64,000 bases of DNA from Antedon mediterranea (GCF_964355755.1 NC_092677.1:15894101-15958100), one strand, 5' to 3'; shown: positions 1-13,492, counted from the stretch's first letter. Translations and numbers: made by a program. Notes: a model not told the origin generated them from the letters alone.

Positions 1-120
1 GTGTTGGTATCATTGATGGACCTATAAATTATAATAGGTCTATTGTTATAATATGTCACTGTAATGATTTAACATTGGGAACATGTTCCATTTTCAAAAA
101 GTTTTAAGATCAGATATAAT

Positions 121-1020
121 ATATATTTTATTCGTCCAATAATTTGTGGAAATTTACTTTCCTTTGGCATACATAATACAAATGATAAGTAACAAAATTA
201 GCGCCTGATTAAACTTGAAAATTGAATTTGGATAAAAAGAATTCCTATATCTTGTCATATGAGTACGCGGTACACATAATCTTATGCCAGATCTATTATA
301 TTTTAATTAATGATTTTAGAGGATGTGTTTAATTTGAATAATCTTAATAACTTTCTTTTGAGTTCAGCTGGTATAAATTGTTTCTAAGGTTTCAATAACA
401 ATTTCCACTCTCCTATTATACGTTTAGCAGCTTTACATTCTTAAGTTTGTTTTTGGTTGCTTTCGTCACGTTACCATATATACAATTTAAAGTTAAAATG
501 CTAAGGACAACAGATTTGTAAAATAATATTAAAATCGTTTTTATCTACGTTAAAATAGTTAAGTTTTTTTTAAAAATACAATCGCTGATTTGCTTTTCAT
601 CTGACTGAGTTGTAACATTAAATTTGTTCTACTATGGTAGTATCTAAATATTTGTATTCGTTAACGTCTTCAATAATTTCATTTTTAAGATATTCTAAAC
701 TATTATGTACCTTGCCGAAATCAATTATCACCTCTTTGGTTTTGTTGATTACTAAATAATTCTAGTACAGTATATACTCTCATTCCAATCAATTGAGCTT
801 CATTCAAGTTCTATTATTCTTTAATTGTAAGAAGAAAGACAAACATTTTTTTTTCTTGCTAATCTGAGTTAATGAAAGCAAAAGGTCAATCTCTCTTTTT
901 GTCATTAAATATAAAAATGTTGTTGTTATACTAATTAATAGACGCTTGCCAACTATAATAATAATAGTTTGGTTTCTCTCTTTTAAAACGGAGGAACACG
1001 TAACGAGAGGTTCAACCCAT
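121..1020 (-). mobile_element. Decayed 3' part of a Rex1/Babar-type non-LTR retrotransposon
   Basis: Minus-strand translation across stops and frameshifts gives TKEVIIDFGK, VNEYKYLDT, KANQRLYF*KKLNYFNVDKTILILFYKSVVLSILT, KAAKRIIG and HPLKSLIKYNRSGIRLCVPRTHMTRYRNSFYPNSI, matching the RT C-terminal region of Rex1-like LINEs; AATAAA-type 3' end near 125-160. Confidence 0.75.
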
Positions 1021-1242
1021 ACAAAATGTTCACAAAAAGTTATTAATTAATACTGTACCATATTTGTAAAATCTATGAACTATAAACAATACATTTAAGA
1101 AATAAGTGCATATTAAGGATAATTGTCGATCTTAAGGACAATTGACAATGCACAATTTTCATAATAGTAAAATCTATTCTAAATCTAAAATTTGAAGAAA
1201 AAAAAACAATTAAGAAGAAAAATTTTTTTTAATGTTTCCGTT

Positions 1243-3757
1243 GTCTAGGACCTGGGACAGATTTGTATGCATTTAATTTAGGAGAGAATATTTCAACTGT
1301 TATAGGATAATTTGACCCCAACGAACAACATGGAATGTGTGCCAAATTTGCTATCCGGGGCGAACATGCCCAAAATCGGGGTCAAAAGTTAAAAATGTGT
1401 GGTTCTTATATCTCGACAACCACTTGTCGTACAGATTTGCTTTTGACGACAAATTGTTCAGAATATACATATTTATATTCAGCCTAACACAACCTCTAGC
1501 GAAAAAATGACTGGAAATGCTTTTACTGACTTTTGACCCAAAAATGACCAAAAAACACATTTTCAGGTTTAATTATTCTTTAAAATGCCAAGGACAAACT
1601 GTGTGGTATCAAATGAAAGCATTTGTATTGAAAATTTCTAATTATGAAGCTAATTGTATGGAAAATGTGCATATTTTGATTACTTTTATACAAAAAATGA
1701 ATATTTGGTAGCGTAATTGGTATGTTTATTTATATAATATTAAATCATTACATCATCAGTGTTTGGAAAAAAATGAGTACCGTATACAGTAAGTAGTGTA
1801 AATTTATTTTGGTTTATTTATAATATTATAAAACATTTTCTAAAGTAGCTTTATTAATTTTAACTTTACAATTCAATTTGATAGCATATTTGATTGGCTT
1901 TCATTTGATATAGTGTCACATATTTCATTAAAACTAAAAAAATATTGATTTATTATACAAAATAAATGTACACTACTTGCACTTACGTACAGTATACAGT
2001 ACTCATTTCTGTCAAAACTTATGCACATTTTGTTGTTAAATATCATAATTAGATTTTCAATACAAGTTGGGTAACAATGGATAGAATATTTTTATGGGCT
2101 TTCATTTGATACTGAATAGATCTTCTAAACACTTCAATAATTTAATCATAATAAATAAACCAAAATAAATTTACACTATTTAATATACTCATTTTTGTCA
2201 AAAATTTTATAAAATATGCACATTTTTCAAAAAAATCTACATCATTATTCATAATTACAGATTTTCAATGCAATTTCAAAATGGCATCCAAATTGCCCTA
2301 TCTCCGTAACCCTTTGGTCTTTCAAAATGATATTGGTATCAAAATACTCGGAACATATATATTCATATTAATAGGCCACTATGTAATTTGTTTGTCATTT
2401 TTTGTTAAAGCAAAATTCCAGCTGATTTAGTTTCTCTACGTTGTAAAGTAATACAAAAAAGATGTTGCAATTTTTCTAAAAAAGGGGTGTCAAATCCGAG
2501 ATGGCCAACAGTACGTAAAATATCCAATAAATTTAACGAATTGGACAAAGTAACACCCAATATGAATAATAGTTAAAATGAATGTATAGTCATATAGTCT
2601 AGGACCTGGGTCAGATTTGTATGCATTTAATTTAGGAGAGAATATCTCAACTGTTAGTGTTACAGGATAATGATCTAGACTATCCTCAGCCTAGATATAA
2701 AAAAATACAACATAATTACAGAGTAGCAATGGGTAGAATATTTTATGTTCATTTGATACCAAATAGTTTTTCCAAACACTTAAATAATTTAATATTATAT
2801 AAAAAAACATAACAATTACGCTACCAATTACTCGTTTTTTGTATAAAAGTAATCAAAATATGCACATTTTCCATACAATTAGTTTCATAATTAAAAATTG
2901 TCAATACAAGTTGAGTAGCAATGGGTAGCATATTGTGTATGCTTTCATTTGATACCATACAGTTTATCTATTGGCATTTTAAAGAATAATTTAACCAGAA
3001 AATGTGTTTTTTGGTCATTTTTAGGTCAAAGGTCAGTGACAGCATTTCCGGTAATTTTTCCGCTAAAAGTTGTGTTAGACCGAATACAAATATGTATATT
3101 CTGAACAATTTGACACCAAAAGAACAATTATTAAATATTATAAATAAATCAAAATAAATTTACACTATTTAATATGTATACTCATTTTGTAACAAAATAC
3201 TAAAATATGTACATTTTTAACAAAATTAGCATCATAATTACAGATTTTTAATAAAAGTTGGGTAGAAATGGGTAGAATATTTTATGGGCTTTCATTTGAT
3301 ACCAATTATTCATTTTTTGTATAAAAGTAATCAAAATATGCACATTTTCAATATAATTAGCTTCATAATTAAACATTTTCAATACAAGTTGGGTAGCATA
3401 TTGTGTATGCTTTCATTTGATACCATACAGTTTGTCCATTGGCATTTTAAAGAATAATTTGACCTGAAAATGTGGTCATTTTGGGGTCAAAGGTCAGTAA
3501 AAGCATTTCCAGTCATTTTTTCGTTAGAGGTTGTGTTAGACTGAATATAAATATGTACTTTCTGAACAATTTGTCACCAAAAGCAAATCTGTACGACAAG
3601 TGGTTGTCGAGATATAAGAACCTTTGACCCCGATTTTGGGCATGTTCGCCCCGGATAGCGAATTCAGCACACATTCCATGTTGTTCGTTGGTGTCAAATT
3701 ATCCTAACATATCCTCTCCTAAATTAAATGCATACAAATTTGACCCAGGTCCTAGAC
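1243..3757. mobile_element. Non-autonomous foldback-type DNA element with long inverted arms (unclassified)
   Basis: GTCTAGGACCTGGG... at 1243 is the reverse complement of ...CCCAGGTCCTAGAC ending 3757; arms match for several hundred bp (about 1243-1700 vs 3310-3757); internal tandem subrepeats (GGGTAGAATATTTTATGGGCTTTCATTTGATAC); a second left-end copy near 2597. Confidence 0.8.
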
Positions 3758-4377
3758 TTAACTATAGCTGTAATTAAAAATGATTTACAATTATAGTCCA
3801 AAAATTGAGCAAATTGTTTTATCTTGATATAAATCATAGATTTTATCTAGTAATAAATGGTGTTTAAATTTTGTTGAACCATTAAAAAAAATTTCCAAAT
3901 AGTATTCAATTAAGAAATAAGTCAAAAATAAGAAATGATCAATTAGTTTTTATTGATAATTCGATAAAACCAAATTAAAAATAAACTGTAATACTAATAC
4001 CAATTAAATGCAACCCACATACTTTGGAAACTAAATTAGCATATCAATTAGTATATAAACAAAGGAATATATACAGTACTTAGAATCTATGTTAAGATAT
4101 ACACACTCTTGATAGTGTCACCAGCAAAAATAATAAGGAACAATAGGAACCCAAATTAGGGACATCAATAAACAGGAAAGCATAGATTAGATTATTTCAG
4201 CTGTAGTGAATTTGATGACTGTAAACAGAATTGATATAATTTTCCCTAACATCAGAAACATGACTATTGATAACTATATCATTATAAGTATTGACACCAG
4301 TTTGATTACTTAAGTTACTCCAATAAATTTTAATCAAGTTAGCCATAACATTACTAGTTTAGATTATTAGAGGTATA

Positions 4378-4575
4378 AAAGTGAGAAACTAAGGGACAAT
4401 TCAGTTACTGAAACCAATGATGCATTAAGTACATTAGCCTTGAGTGGTGTTGCAAGAGTCAGCTTTCTTGATGATGATTTGAAATGCAGGATAAAATCAA
4501 GACCAAGAAAAACATCTCAGGAAATTGGTTTCTTTTAACATTGAAGCATTTTTATTCACACTGCGACAAACTTTG
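4378..4575 (+). repeat. Diverged dispersed repeat, copy 1 (copy 2 at about 7620-7875)
   Basis: Shared blocks AAAGTGAGAAACTAAG, CAATGATGCATT, GATGATTTGAAATGC-GGATAAAATCA, GGTTTCTTTTAACA, ATTCAC-CTGCGACAA. Confidence 0.65.
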
Positions 4576-5318
4576 TATAGTCATTCTATTTTTAGAGGAT
4601 TAAAGACATTTGGCAATTTGAGTTTCATACGCATAGACATACAAACATTTACAAATGTTATCCAAATTTCTATTAGTTTGCAATGAACTGGTATTTGGTA
4701 AATTTGTTGTGTAGTTACCATATTTATAAAACTATGACCTATTTGTACATAAATATCTATCTAAAGCAAGTGTATTGGAATGTATCTTTAAAATCTGAGA
4801 ACAACCTTTACCTTCTTTAATTTCATAACTACATTGAGCCAGGGAGATAAATAACTGTTATTCTTCTATTTAAATTTATATCTCATTTTAATTAATTTTA
4901 CTTTTATTTGACTTTACCCTATTATCATAAATTTGTTTAAGCCAATTAATAATTCTTAGTTAAGTTTAAAATTAGGACCTAACTTCATTTAATGTTATGT
5001 TATCTCTATTGCAAACACTGGCAAGTAACATCTGGAGGCCATAAAAACAAAGGAAGGGAGACCATTAATAATAATTTATTCGGAGAACACTTAACTTAAC
5101 TACAAAAATACAAAATAAACTATTAATATATATATTAGAACTTCAATTCAGATATGACTTTACTGTTTCCTAATTATGCAGTACTAGTAGTACTTATAAA
5201 AGGTAAATGAACCCAGTTGTATCCTATGGGAGCAAAAGTTATTGAAGTCTTGACCAGAGAGGTACATTCCTGGTTACAGGCCCACCTCTGATATACCTGA
5301 CTCATTCATATAGAATAA

Positions 5319-5992
5319 GGGCCTGTTTCTGCTGCAACTACTCAAAATACGGTTTAAAAATACAGTATAAAATACGGTATTTTTTATATCGTATTTTTCA
5401 GTACCCCGTTTCTGCTAACAATACTTCTTGGGTAGTCGTGTTAAATTTCATCCTTTTTACCCAAATTGCCATTCATTTATTTGGTCGATAATTAAAATTC
5501 GCAATAAAGCCTTAAAGGATGTTTTACGTCTCACTTTCAACAGCCTAGCCCTAGTGATAGAGATGTTGTGAGAGCACAGAAAACATCGTAATGGGGACAA
5601 GTAATTCATTCCCTCCCCGAGTTATTGTCTTTTGCAATGTTGTACTGCTTTCGCAGGCTCTTCAGCTTTGAGTTTACTTGCTTTGGAGACAAGTATATTC
5701 CGTACTCCTGCTTTATGTTTTTTAGAAATGTCTTTATAAATGTTGGTTGTCCCTTTTATTACCTTTTAGTTGGCCAGAAATTTTAGCTCCCCCACCCCCT
5801 CCTTCTCCACCCCTCCTTCCCCAGACAGATTTAGTAAATACTGTGACGTCTTTGCTCCACATTTTCGCCGAATATATCTATACACGTGTGTAAAACAGCT
5901 GACAACGACAGAAAATAAAAACACGATGTTGACCGATCATGTCGCAGGCAAAAATAAATACTGTATTGTTTATTGGCAGCAGAAATAGGGCC
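5319..5992. mobile_element. PIF/Harbinger (Tourist-like) MITE
   Basis: Imperfect 17-bp TIRs GGGCCTGTTTCTGCTGC / GCAGCAGAAATAGGGCC flanked by TAA at 5316-5318 and 5993-5995. Confidence 0.7.
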
Positions 5993-7619
5993 TAAGTTAC
6001 CAGGAAATGAGTGAGATTGATTGATGGGATACTAAATTGTTACACTACTACACAAGTTTCACAAGGGACATGGCTTCACACATATATAATATAATATAAA
6101 ATAAAAAGTAAACTAAAAATAAACAGATAACACTCAGATAGTACCACCATCCACTAAACCAAATTACCAATGACACAATAACAATAAATACAACCCACAT
6201 TCATAATAATTAATATAATAATAATATTCATTTGGAATTGACATTACTGTGTAATTTTAATTTTTTATGGTCATTCTAACCACTTTTTAAATGTAATAGG
6301 TGTTTTGTAATAGTAGGTCAAATATCGTACTTTTGTAATTTGTCTATATAAATATAGTATTACTAGTTTAAGTTTCCTCACCTTCATGTCAAAGTGTGCT
6401 GCTGTTATAAAAGCATATGTTCAATAAAATTATTATTTTCGAAAAAGCATTTTATAGTTTGATTCATGTACCTTGTATTGTAATGGATCTATAAATTTCA
6501 TGAGATCATCCCCCAATACAAGGATTGTGTTTTTACATGATATCTATACAAAGAGTTCACATAATAAAATGAAAAGGGGTATTTTAAATTGGTAATTATT
6601 ATTCATCAATGTCAAATTTCTTAAAATGATCAACATGTTATATAAATTTGTTGCTTCATTTGTTAACATAATGTAATTTATTGTGCTATGAAGCATTTGC
6701 CCTAAATTGATCAAAATAATACTGTACAATTTAATAGTGTGATTTGAGACATTTGCTGTTCAAATTTAAAACAGGACCACCATAGATAATGCTATACATT
6801 TAATTATACAAGGGGTCATCATTGTCGATCTTAGTTTTCAATAACAATAATAATAATAATAATAATAACAATAATAATAATAACAGGTATGTATTAAATT
6901 TTCATTATAATGAAAATTGATCAAAAATAATCTATAACAAATATGATTTAACTAAACCAAAATACTGTACATACTTTAATATCAAATATGAAAATCATCC
7001 AATAGTGTTTAGTAGACTTTAAATACATTGTCTAAAAGCACAATTTATGAAGAATGTACAGTAGTAATGGGAGTACAATCACCACCTATCTTTTATCATC
7101 ACTAAAATAGAATGAGGAACCGTAGGCCTATAGAACTTAGATTAACTCAACAGGAAAATAGGTTTGGGCAAATTAAGTGTTTTGCTTTTGTAAACCAATA
7201 GTTTTTCATATAAGCAAGGAAATCCATGGTATAAAAGCTACTAAAAATTGCTACTAAAGCCATGAGTATGAGAATAGATTTTGAGGTGGAATTTGTTTTT
7301 TTACTCATGTATTACTAAGTGTTACTCTGAAAGTATGTATCATTGCTGTATTAAATAAATTGAAAGAAAAGTGGCTGGGGTGGGGTGGGAATTGTATTAC
7401 TGTAGTTATATGTTATAGTTTGATTACTTATTTGTTACGTAATATTGTGTGTGCGCCACCGATTTAAATTTAAATCCAAATCCAAATAAATATAAATAAA
7501 AAATCTGATTCAATAAAAGCAATGTTTTTCTTTTTGTAATGAATTAAATATATAAATTTTATTGTTATAGAAGATTATAATTGAGATCATGGAGATTATT
7601 ATTATGATACAAAGAATTC

Positions 7620-7875
7620 AAAGTGAGAAACTAAGAGAAAATTTGGTTAGTGAAAGCAATGATGCATTGGTTACCTCATTACCATTAGCATTGAGTGTCA
7701 GTACTGTAATGTAGAAACACAAATATTTATGGAATTCATTGCTGCAAGAATCATCTTTTAGAATGATGATTTGAAATGCTGGATAAAATCATGGCCAGGA
7801 AAGACAAATTAGGTTTCTTTTAACAAAAAAATGTTTATCATTAAAGCATTTCATTCACCCTGCGACAACACTTGC
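7620..7875 (+). repeat. Diverged dispersed repeat, copy 2 (see 4378-4575)
   Basis: Same conserved blocks as copy 1, with extra internal sequence. Confidence 0.65.
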
Positions 7876-8167
7876 GAAATTAAATTCGCTGAATTGTTGC
7901 GCAAGCAGCGTTTCATAGTTTATAATGTTTTAATTGTAACATAATTGTATCTTATGGTATACCTTGTGCCCTAACCTAAGGATAGAATTTAGAAACCAAA
8001 AATTAAAACACTTTCAAGTGCTAATAATACCATGATGATACACTCTATTACATATTAGTACAAACCTAGCACTCTTCAATAGTAATCAAATTGGAGTTAA
8101 TTTTAATTATTATAAATTGTTTTAAAAATTAATATTTCAGAGGAACAATTATTATATATTCACTCAC

Positions 8168-8282
8168 CCTTAGCACAAGGATGTAATTTATTAAGTACAA
8201 GTTCATATTCATGGACACCAAATTTTGCAGCTGTCTCAATAATTTTTAATGTTTGATTCCATCTACATAGGAATGTATCTTC
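8168..8282 (-). CDS. Candidate isolated coding exon (EDTFLCRWNQTLKIIETAAKFGVHEYELVLNKLHPCAK), gene unknown
   Basis: Minus strand: acceptor atatttAG, 115-bp open frame, donor GTGAGT. Neighbouring exons could not be joined cleanly. Confidence 0.4.
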
Positions 8283-8469
8283 CTAAATATACAAAAATAT
8301 ATAAAAAAAATGTGTAAAATAATTGAATATGTCAATTTAGTAATGGAAATCATATCATATACTTGAATATTCTAAATCTTAATATGTAAACTACAGTACT
8401 GTACTGGCAAGTATCTTTGTGAAAATGACAAAATAACACTGTGGTAACAATACAATATTTAACTGAAAG

Positions 8470-8488
8470 CATGGAGTAATACTCCATG
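8470..8488. other. CATGG palindrome with 7-bp flanking direct repeat (putative P-type excision footprint)
   Basis: CTGAAAG-CATGGAGTAATACTCCATG-CTGATAG (flanks 6/7 identical). Confidence 0.6.
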
Positions 8489-8741
8489 CTGATAGCCTTC
8501 AATGATTAGCATAGAATTCTCATAAAATCTTGTGATATCTGAGAAGGTCACTCCCAATGGACTGGTGGTATAGCAATTTTACCAAACACAATTAACTACA
8601 CTACCCAGTAGAACCAGGGAGATGTAGTTTACACTCTCAAAAAGAACGCCTCCCCACCCTGTTTGGTTTGCAAAAGTAATCTCGAAAAGAAGCCCACCCA
8701 AGAGTCCTAAAAAAAAGAGAATCTCATGGTAAAAATATAAG

Positions 8742-8777
8742 CATGGAGCAACATTAGATTACATATGTTGCACCATG
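8742..8777. other. CATGG hairpin with degenerate 7-bp flanking repeat (putative older P-type footprint)
   Basis: ATATAAG-CATGGAGCAACAT-tagattacat-ATGTTGCACCATG-TCATAAG; 13-bp arms with 1 mismatch, flanks 5/7. Confidence 0.45.
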
Positions 8778-9870
8778 TCATAAGTAAGGACCTTCAGTAA
8801 CAGTAAACCCATTGAAAAAAAATAACTTTGCGAGTCTGAACTATTATAAGACTTTTATTTACATGCCGATGATTACATCATTTTGAGACGTTGCGCATGC
8901 GTCAGATTGTATTTCTCACTAGAATTAGAGAGTTGGTGAGACTTGGATTTGACGTCACCTAAATATTTTACGCCGAGGTCTTTTGTAATCCAGTTTTTGG
9001 TCATTGAGTGAAATCTAAAAGTGTTCAACGAGAAAGACAGCTTGGTGGGAACTGCATCCACATGATCTAAAGGTCCATAATATTAATGGTCACATTTAGT
9101 GCTGATGGAATTTAGGTAATGTTACTTTTGTTAAATTTAGCATTATTCAATGAAATGCAAACTAGACTTAAAAGAAATGAAGCCAATGAGTTTACCTCCA
9201 TGATTAATCAAATAACCATTTCTTGTTTGCAACTAAATTAAAAAGTATTTTTTTAGGCTTTTATATTACTCTATTAATTAGTAATTAATACAAATTTTGT
9301 CTCATGATTTGAATTAAACAACACAGATCATGAGATTGCTTGCTGATTAATTGTTTATGTGTAAAACCACTTAATTGTTAACTCATGTGGAGACTTTCTC
9401 TATGGTTAACAGCCATTAGCCTATAATTCACTTCATTGGTTGATCATTTTAGTTAACTGAATCCGATTGGTCAGTTATTGAGCCTATAATTGTTTTATAT
9501 TTTTGAACTAATTCATTCTTTGTTTAGCATTTAATGTTAACAAGACCAACAATTGATATCTCTTTGCACATTATTATACTGTACTGTATTATCTTTCATA
9601 AATGCTGTCATTGTTCAGCATCAGCTGGTCCACAACAAATTTGACTTCTATTTGGAAGCAACAGCAACCTGTTTGATTGTGAAATTAAGGTAATGAATAG
9701 CCCTTTTCATTTGTTTTAATTTGAGTTTAATATTACATTTGTTTTGATACTATTGATGTTTACATTTCAGCTTTTATTGCCAGTGGGAATTCTGTATAAT
9801 ATTACATATATAAATGCTAGTTTGTTAATTAGTTATTAAAAAAAATATACACTTACATTTACTGTTTAAA

Positions 9871-11090
9871 AAACATAGCAAACCCCCATTGAACCAAAAT
9901 AAAAGTGATTGAATTGTGTAGTGTAAAACTTTGGGGGTATTGCTAAACTGCGCAAACAACAAAAAAAGCTGTGCAAACCTCCTTAAAAACAATTATTATT
10001 GATTAGAACACAACTAGAACTATATAGGGAGACAATTTATGAGAAAAAAAATTTGAAATTCCTTTAAGTTTGCCTTTTTTTGGGTTAAAAACTTCAATTT
10101 TTGGGAAAATTACTGATTTAACAGCGCAAAAAAAAAAAAAAGCTGCGCAAACCTCCTTTAAATCTATTAATATTGATTAAAACACAACTAGACCTATATA
10201 GGGAGACAATTTATGGGGAAAAAAATTTGAAATTTCTTTAAAAAAACAATTTTAATTGATTTAAAGGAGGTTTGCGCAGCTTTTTTTGTTTTTTTTGCGC
10301 TGTGAAATCAGTAATTTTCCCAAAAATTGAAGTTTTTAACCCAAAAAAAGGCAAACTTAAAGGAATTTCAAATTTTTTTTCTCATAAATTGTCTCCCTAT
10401 ATAGTTCTAGTTGGGTTCTAATCAATAATAATTGTTTTTTTAACTTTTTCCTTTATATGATGTTTTTTTAGTCTTAGTTAGGGTCAAAGAGTAAAACTCA
10501 CTACAAAGAATTGTTAACTTAAGTTCTAAATTAATAGGTTTTCAACTTTGTAGCTTATCTTCTTTTTGTGACATGCAAATTCTAGAAAAAAGTAGAGCTA
10601 TTCTAAAAAATGTTAACCATGACTTGTTCAGTGATTTTGAGCTGATGCCTCATGGGTGTTGCTTTCGATGCCCAGCATGTAGAACAAACCAGAAAAGGAA
10701 TTCGTTTTTGCCAGTGCAGTGGCCATCTGACTCTTATTATTTTGTACTGTTTTGTGATATTTTGTAAGATAATTTTAATCCAGACCTTTTTATTTGAATT
10801 GCCCCGTGTGGGATGATTAAAGAATTTTGAATTGAATATGTAGTAGTGCACAAACTTCCTACCACTTGGTTTGTCAATTTAAAAGAATTTTTGGGTAAAA
10901 CAGCATTTTTTAACCCAATTATTTTTAACCTTAAATATGATGTTTTACCCCAAAAATAAGGACTGTAACTGTATTTAACAATTTTTAACAAATTTTTGTT
11001 TTGACTGACATACCAATTTAGTCATACTGTACACTACATGATTCAATCACTTTTATTTTGGTTCAATAGGGTTTAAAAATATGTTTTTTT
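9871..11090. mobile_element. Foldback-like element with nested inverted repeats
   Basis: GAACCAAAATAAAAGTGATTGAAT...GTAGTGTA at about 9890 is inverted at about 11030-11070; near-perfect internal inverted arms at about 9985-10170 and 10252-10440. Confidence 0.7.
10573..10835 (+). mobile_element. 3' end of a Rex1-like LINE inserted in the foldback element
   Basis: ORF 10573-10767 ILKNVNHDLFSDFELMPHGCCFRCPACRTNQKRNSFLP resembles the Rex1 C-terminal motif; followed by AATTGCCCCGTGTGGGATGATTAAAG and a TTGAA tail. Confidence 0.65.
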
Positions 11091-12219
11091 GTGATGTTTG
11101 AAGGATTTAACAATACCCCTTTTATCAGTGTTTCAATGGTTGAATTACATTGATGATTGTAAATAAAAGTTTGCGCTGCGTCAAAAACAATTCTTTTAAT
11201 AGCAAAATTATAATATTTTTTAACCTAGACAAAAGTGTTCCATTTGGATGTTAAAATGTCTCGTCCGCAACGACATTATAAATCATATTTAATAAAAATA
11301 AATAAATAATAATAAAATGTTATAATTTAAACAGGTAAGTTATATAAAACAACTATCTGGCAACATTATATAAAACAGATTAGGTATCTTTTATAATGAG
11401 GATAAATGTATACCTTCTGAAAAGTCATGTTTATTTGCTGTCCCATTCGTGACACATAGCCTACAATTTGTTATTGTTTGTGCAGTGTTTTGTCCATATG
11501 TAAACATTTATTCTGAGACAGACCGGGGAGACAGATTACCAAAACTTGTTACTTTACTTTATGCAGTACTTTTATTTTTATATTTATACATTTATTCTAC
11601 TTTTAATCTTTTTCTTTTTTTATATTCTTTGCAAATTTTGCTACGCTTAACAAACCATGTTTGCATGCATAGATTATCATTTAAACTTGTTAAATAAATA
11701 CATTAACTTCATTATTATAGACCTCGGTGTTTTTTGGTTTAAGAAAATGTTATTTCGCAATTTAGGAATAAATACAAAGTATTTTACTACATGAACCTAC
11801 ATAATTTGAAAAATCTGACTTATTTATTATTTAACCATACACATAATCTAAAAAACAACTAAACTGAACTTAAAATACCTAGATTTAATTTATGATTTCT
11901 TAAAAACAAATGTTAGCATTAAACTCGAAATTAAATCATCACTCTGACGAATTATAGGTGATATTTTTATGATTGTTAATTTAATGAGAAAGAATCACAA
12001 AATAAGTAATTATTACTTGTTCAACAAAGTTACAAAATGTTAAAAAATTCAGATTGCAAGAAATTCAAATTGTGGGTACAGCATCGGTATCTACAACATT
12101 ATTTTATCGATCGCTTGTACACACCACACACACCACATTTGTAAGAATTTAAAAATAATTGAAATTCTAATTTTTTTTGTTCGGACATCAAAATCTGTAC
12201 AGAAACAAATAAGAATGGG

Positions 12220-12850
12220 TATTGCTAAACACCGCAAACCCCCACAAACCTCCCAACAAAACATAGCAAACCCCATCGAACCAACATAAAAGTGATTGAA
12301 TCATGTAGTGTACAACCCACTGGGTATATCCATGTAAAAAAAATAATACATTTTTACTGTTAACTAATTATTTTTGGGGTAAAACATCATTTTTTGGTCA
12401 AAAATGATTGCTAAACCCTACAAACCTCCCAAAAAATATAGCAAACCCCATCGAACCAACATAAAAGTGATTCAATCATGTAGTGTACAACCCACTGGGT
12501 ATATCCATGTAAAAAAATATTAAATTTCTACTTTCAAGAATGATTGCTAATTTTTAACCAAAAAATTATGTTTTATCCCGAAAAAAAGTAGCTAACAGTC
12601 AGTAGAAATTTAATAATTTATATACCCAGTGGGTCGTACACTACATTATTCAATCACTTTTATGTTGGTTCGGTGGGGTTTGCTATGGTTTTTTGGAGGT
12701 TTGCGGGGTTTAGCAATCATTTTTGACCAAAAAATGATGTTGTACCCCAAAAATAAGTTAACAGTAGAAATTTAATTTTTTTTTTACATTGATATACCCA
12801 GTGGGTTGTACACTAGATGATTCAATCACTTTTATGTTGGTTCGGTTCGG
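12220..12850. repeat. Palindromic array of the same foldback family (two direct then two inverted units)
   Basis: TAGCAAACCCCATCGAACCAACATAAAAGTGATT-AATCATGTAGTGTACAACCCACTGGGTATA at about 12264 and 12438; reverse complements at about 12620-12690 and 12792-12845. Confidence 0.8.
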
Positions 12851-13020
12851 TTTTTGAGTAACAAACGGTTATACTGTACTAGGTAGATCTTACAATACGA
12901 TGCTCAACCTAATATAGTATTTAAGAAAATGAAATTAATTTTTCATTGCCATTTGTTGGACATATAACATGTATTAAATTAAAACAATAAAAACATTAAA
13001 ATAATATTTTTTTCCCACAG

Positions 13021-13288
13021 ATGACTAACTTTGCCGTAGTAATTTTTGATGATGAAGAGGCAGTGGACATTGTCTCAGAAAAATGGATAATAAAAAAACA
13101 GGAGGTAAGTATTTTGTTATATTCACTTATTGTATTGTACCACTGTATGAAGAAAAAACAATTAAAAATAGAAAGATAACCACTTTAACTTTTGTTTTTT
13201 AGAAATTACACTGTTGCAAGGGCAAAAAGGCATGAAATTCCAGACCCAAAATGGCCCTTGTATCCTATAAGGATAGTGAAATACACTG
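13021..13288 (+). pseudogene. Two spliced exons encoding the N-terminal module seen in DUF4806-containing transposon accessory proteins; frameshifted
   Basis: Exon 13021-13104 (cccacAG|ATG ... GAG|GTAAGT) = MTNFAVVIFDDEEAVDIVSEKWIIKKQE; exon 13203-13288 (tttttAG ... |GTAAG) reads KLHCC then, in a shifted frame, ARAKRHEIPDPKWPLYPIRIVKYT; the usual CYWP segment appears deleted. Confidence 0.6.
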
Positions 13289-13345
13289 GTAAGGAAAAAA
13301 ATATTTCTGAATCACAAACACTTTTAATGTATCCAAAGTCATCAA

Positions 13346-13492
13346 TATGCCGCGTACAGAGGTACTAAAACACTCCTCTATAACTGAGTTTCCACGTTTA
13401 TGGTCAAATCTACCATATGAAATTAAGGACTCTGTAGTTCTTGAAAATACTAATATATTTGCTATGAAATTGAAAGAACATTATAAATATTA
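13346..13492 (+). mobile_element. LINE ORF2 3' terminal fragment (same family as 22368-22688)
   Basis: Nearly the same sequence as 22368-22515 in opposite orientation: EVLKHSSITEFPRLWSNLPYEIKDSVVLENTNIFAMKLKEHYK. Confidence 0.7.

Noticed and set aside
17-44. Hairpin GACCTAT...ATAGGTC as another P-type footprint
   Set aside because: Termini are degenerate and there is no convincing 7-bp flanking repeat.
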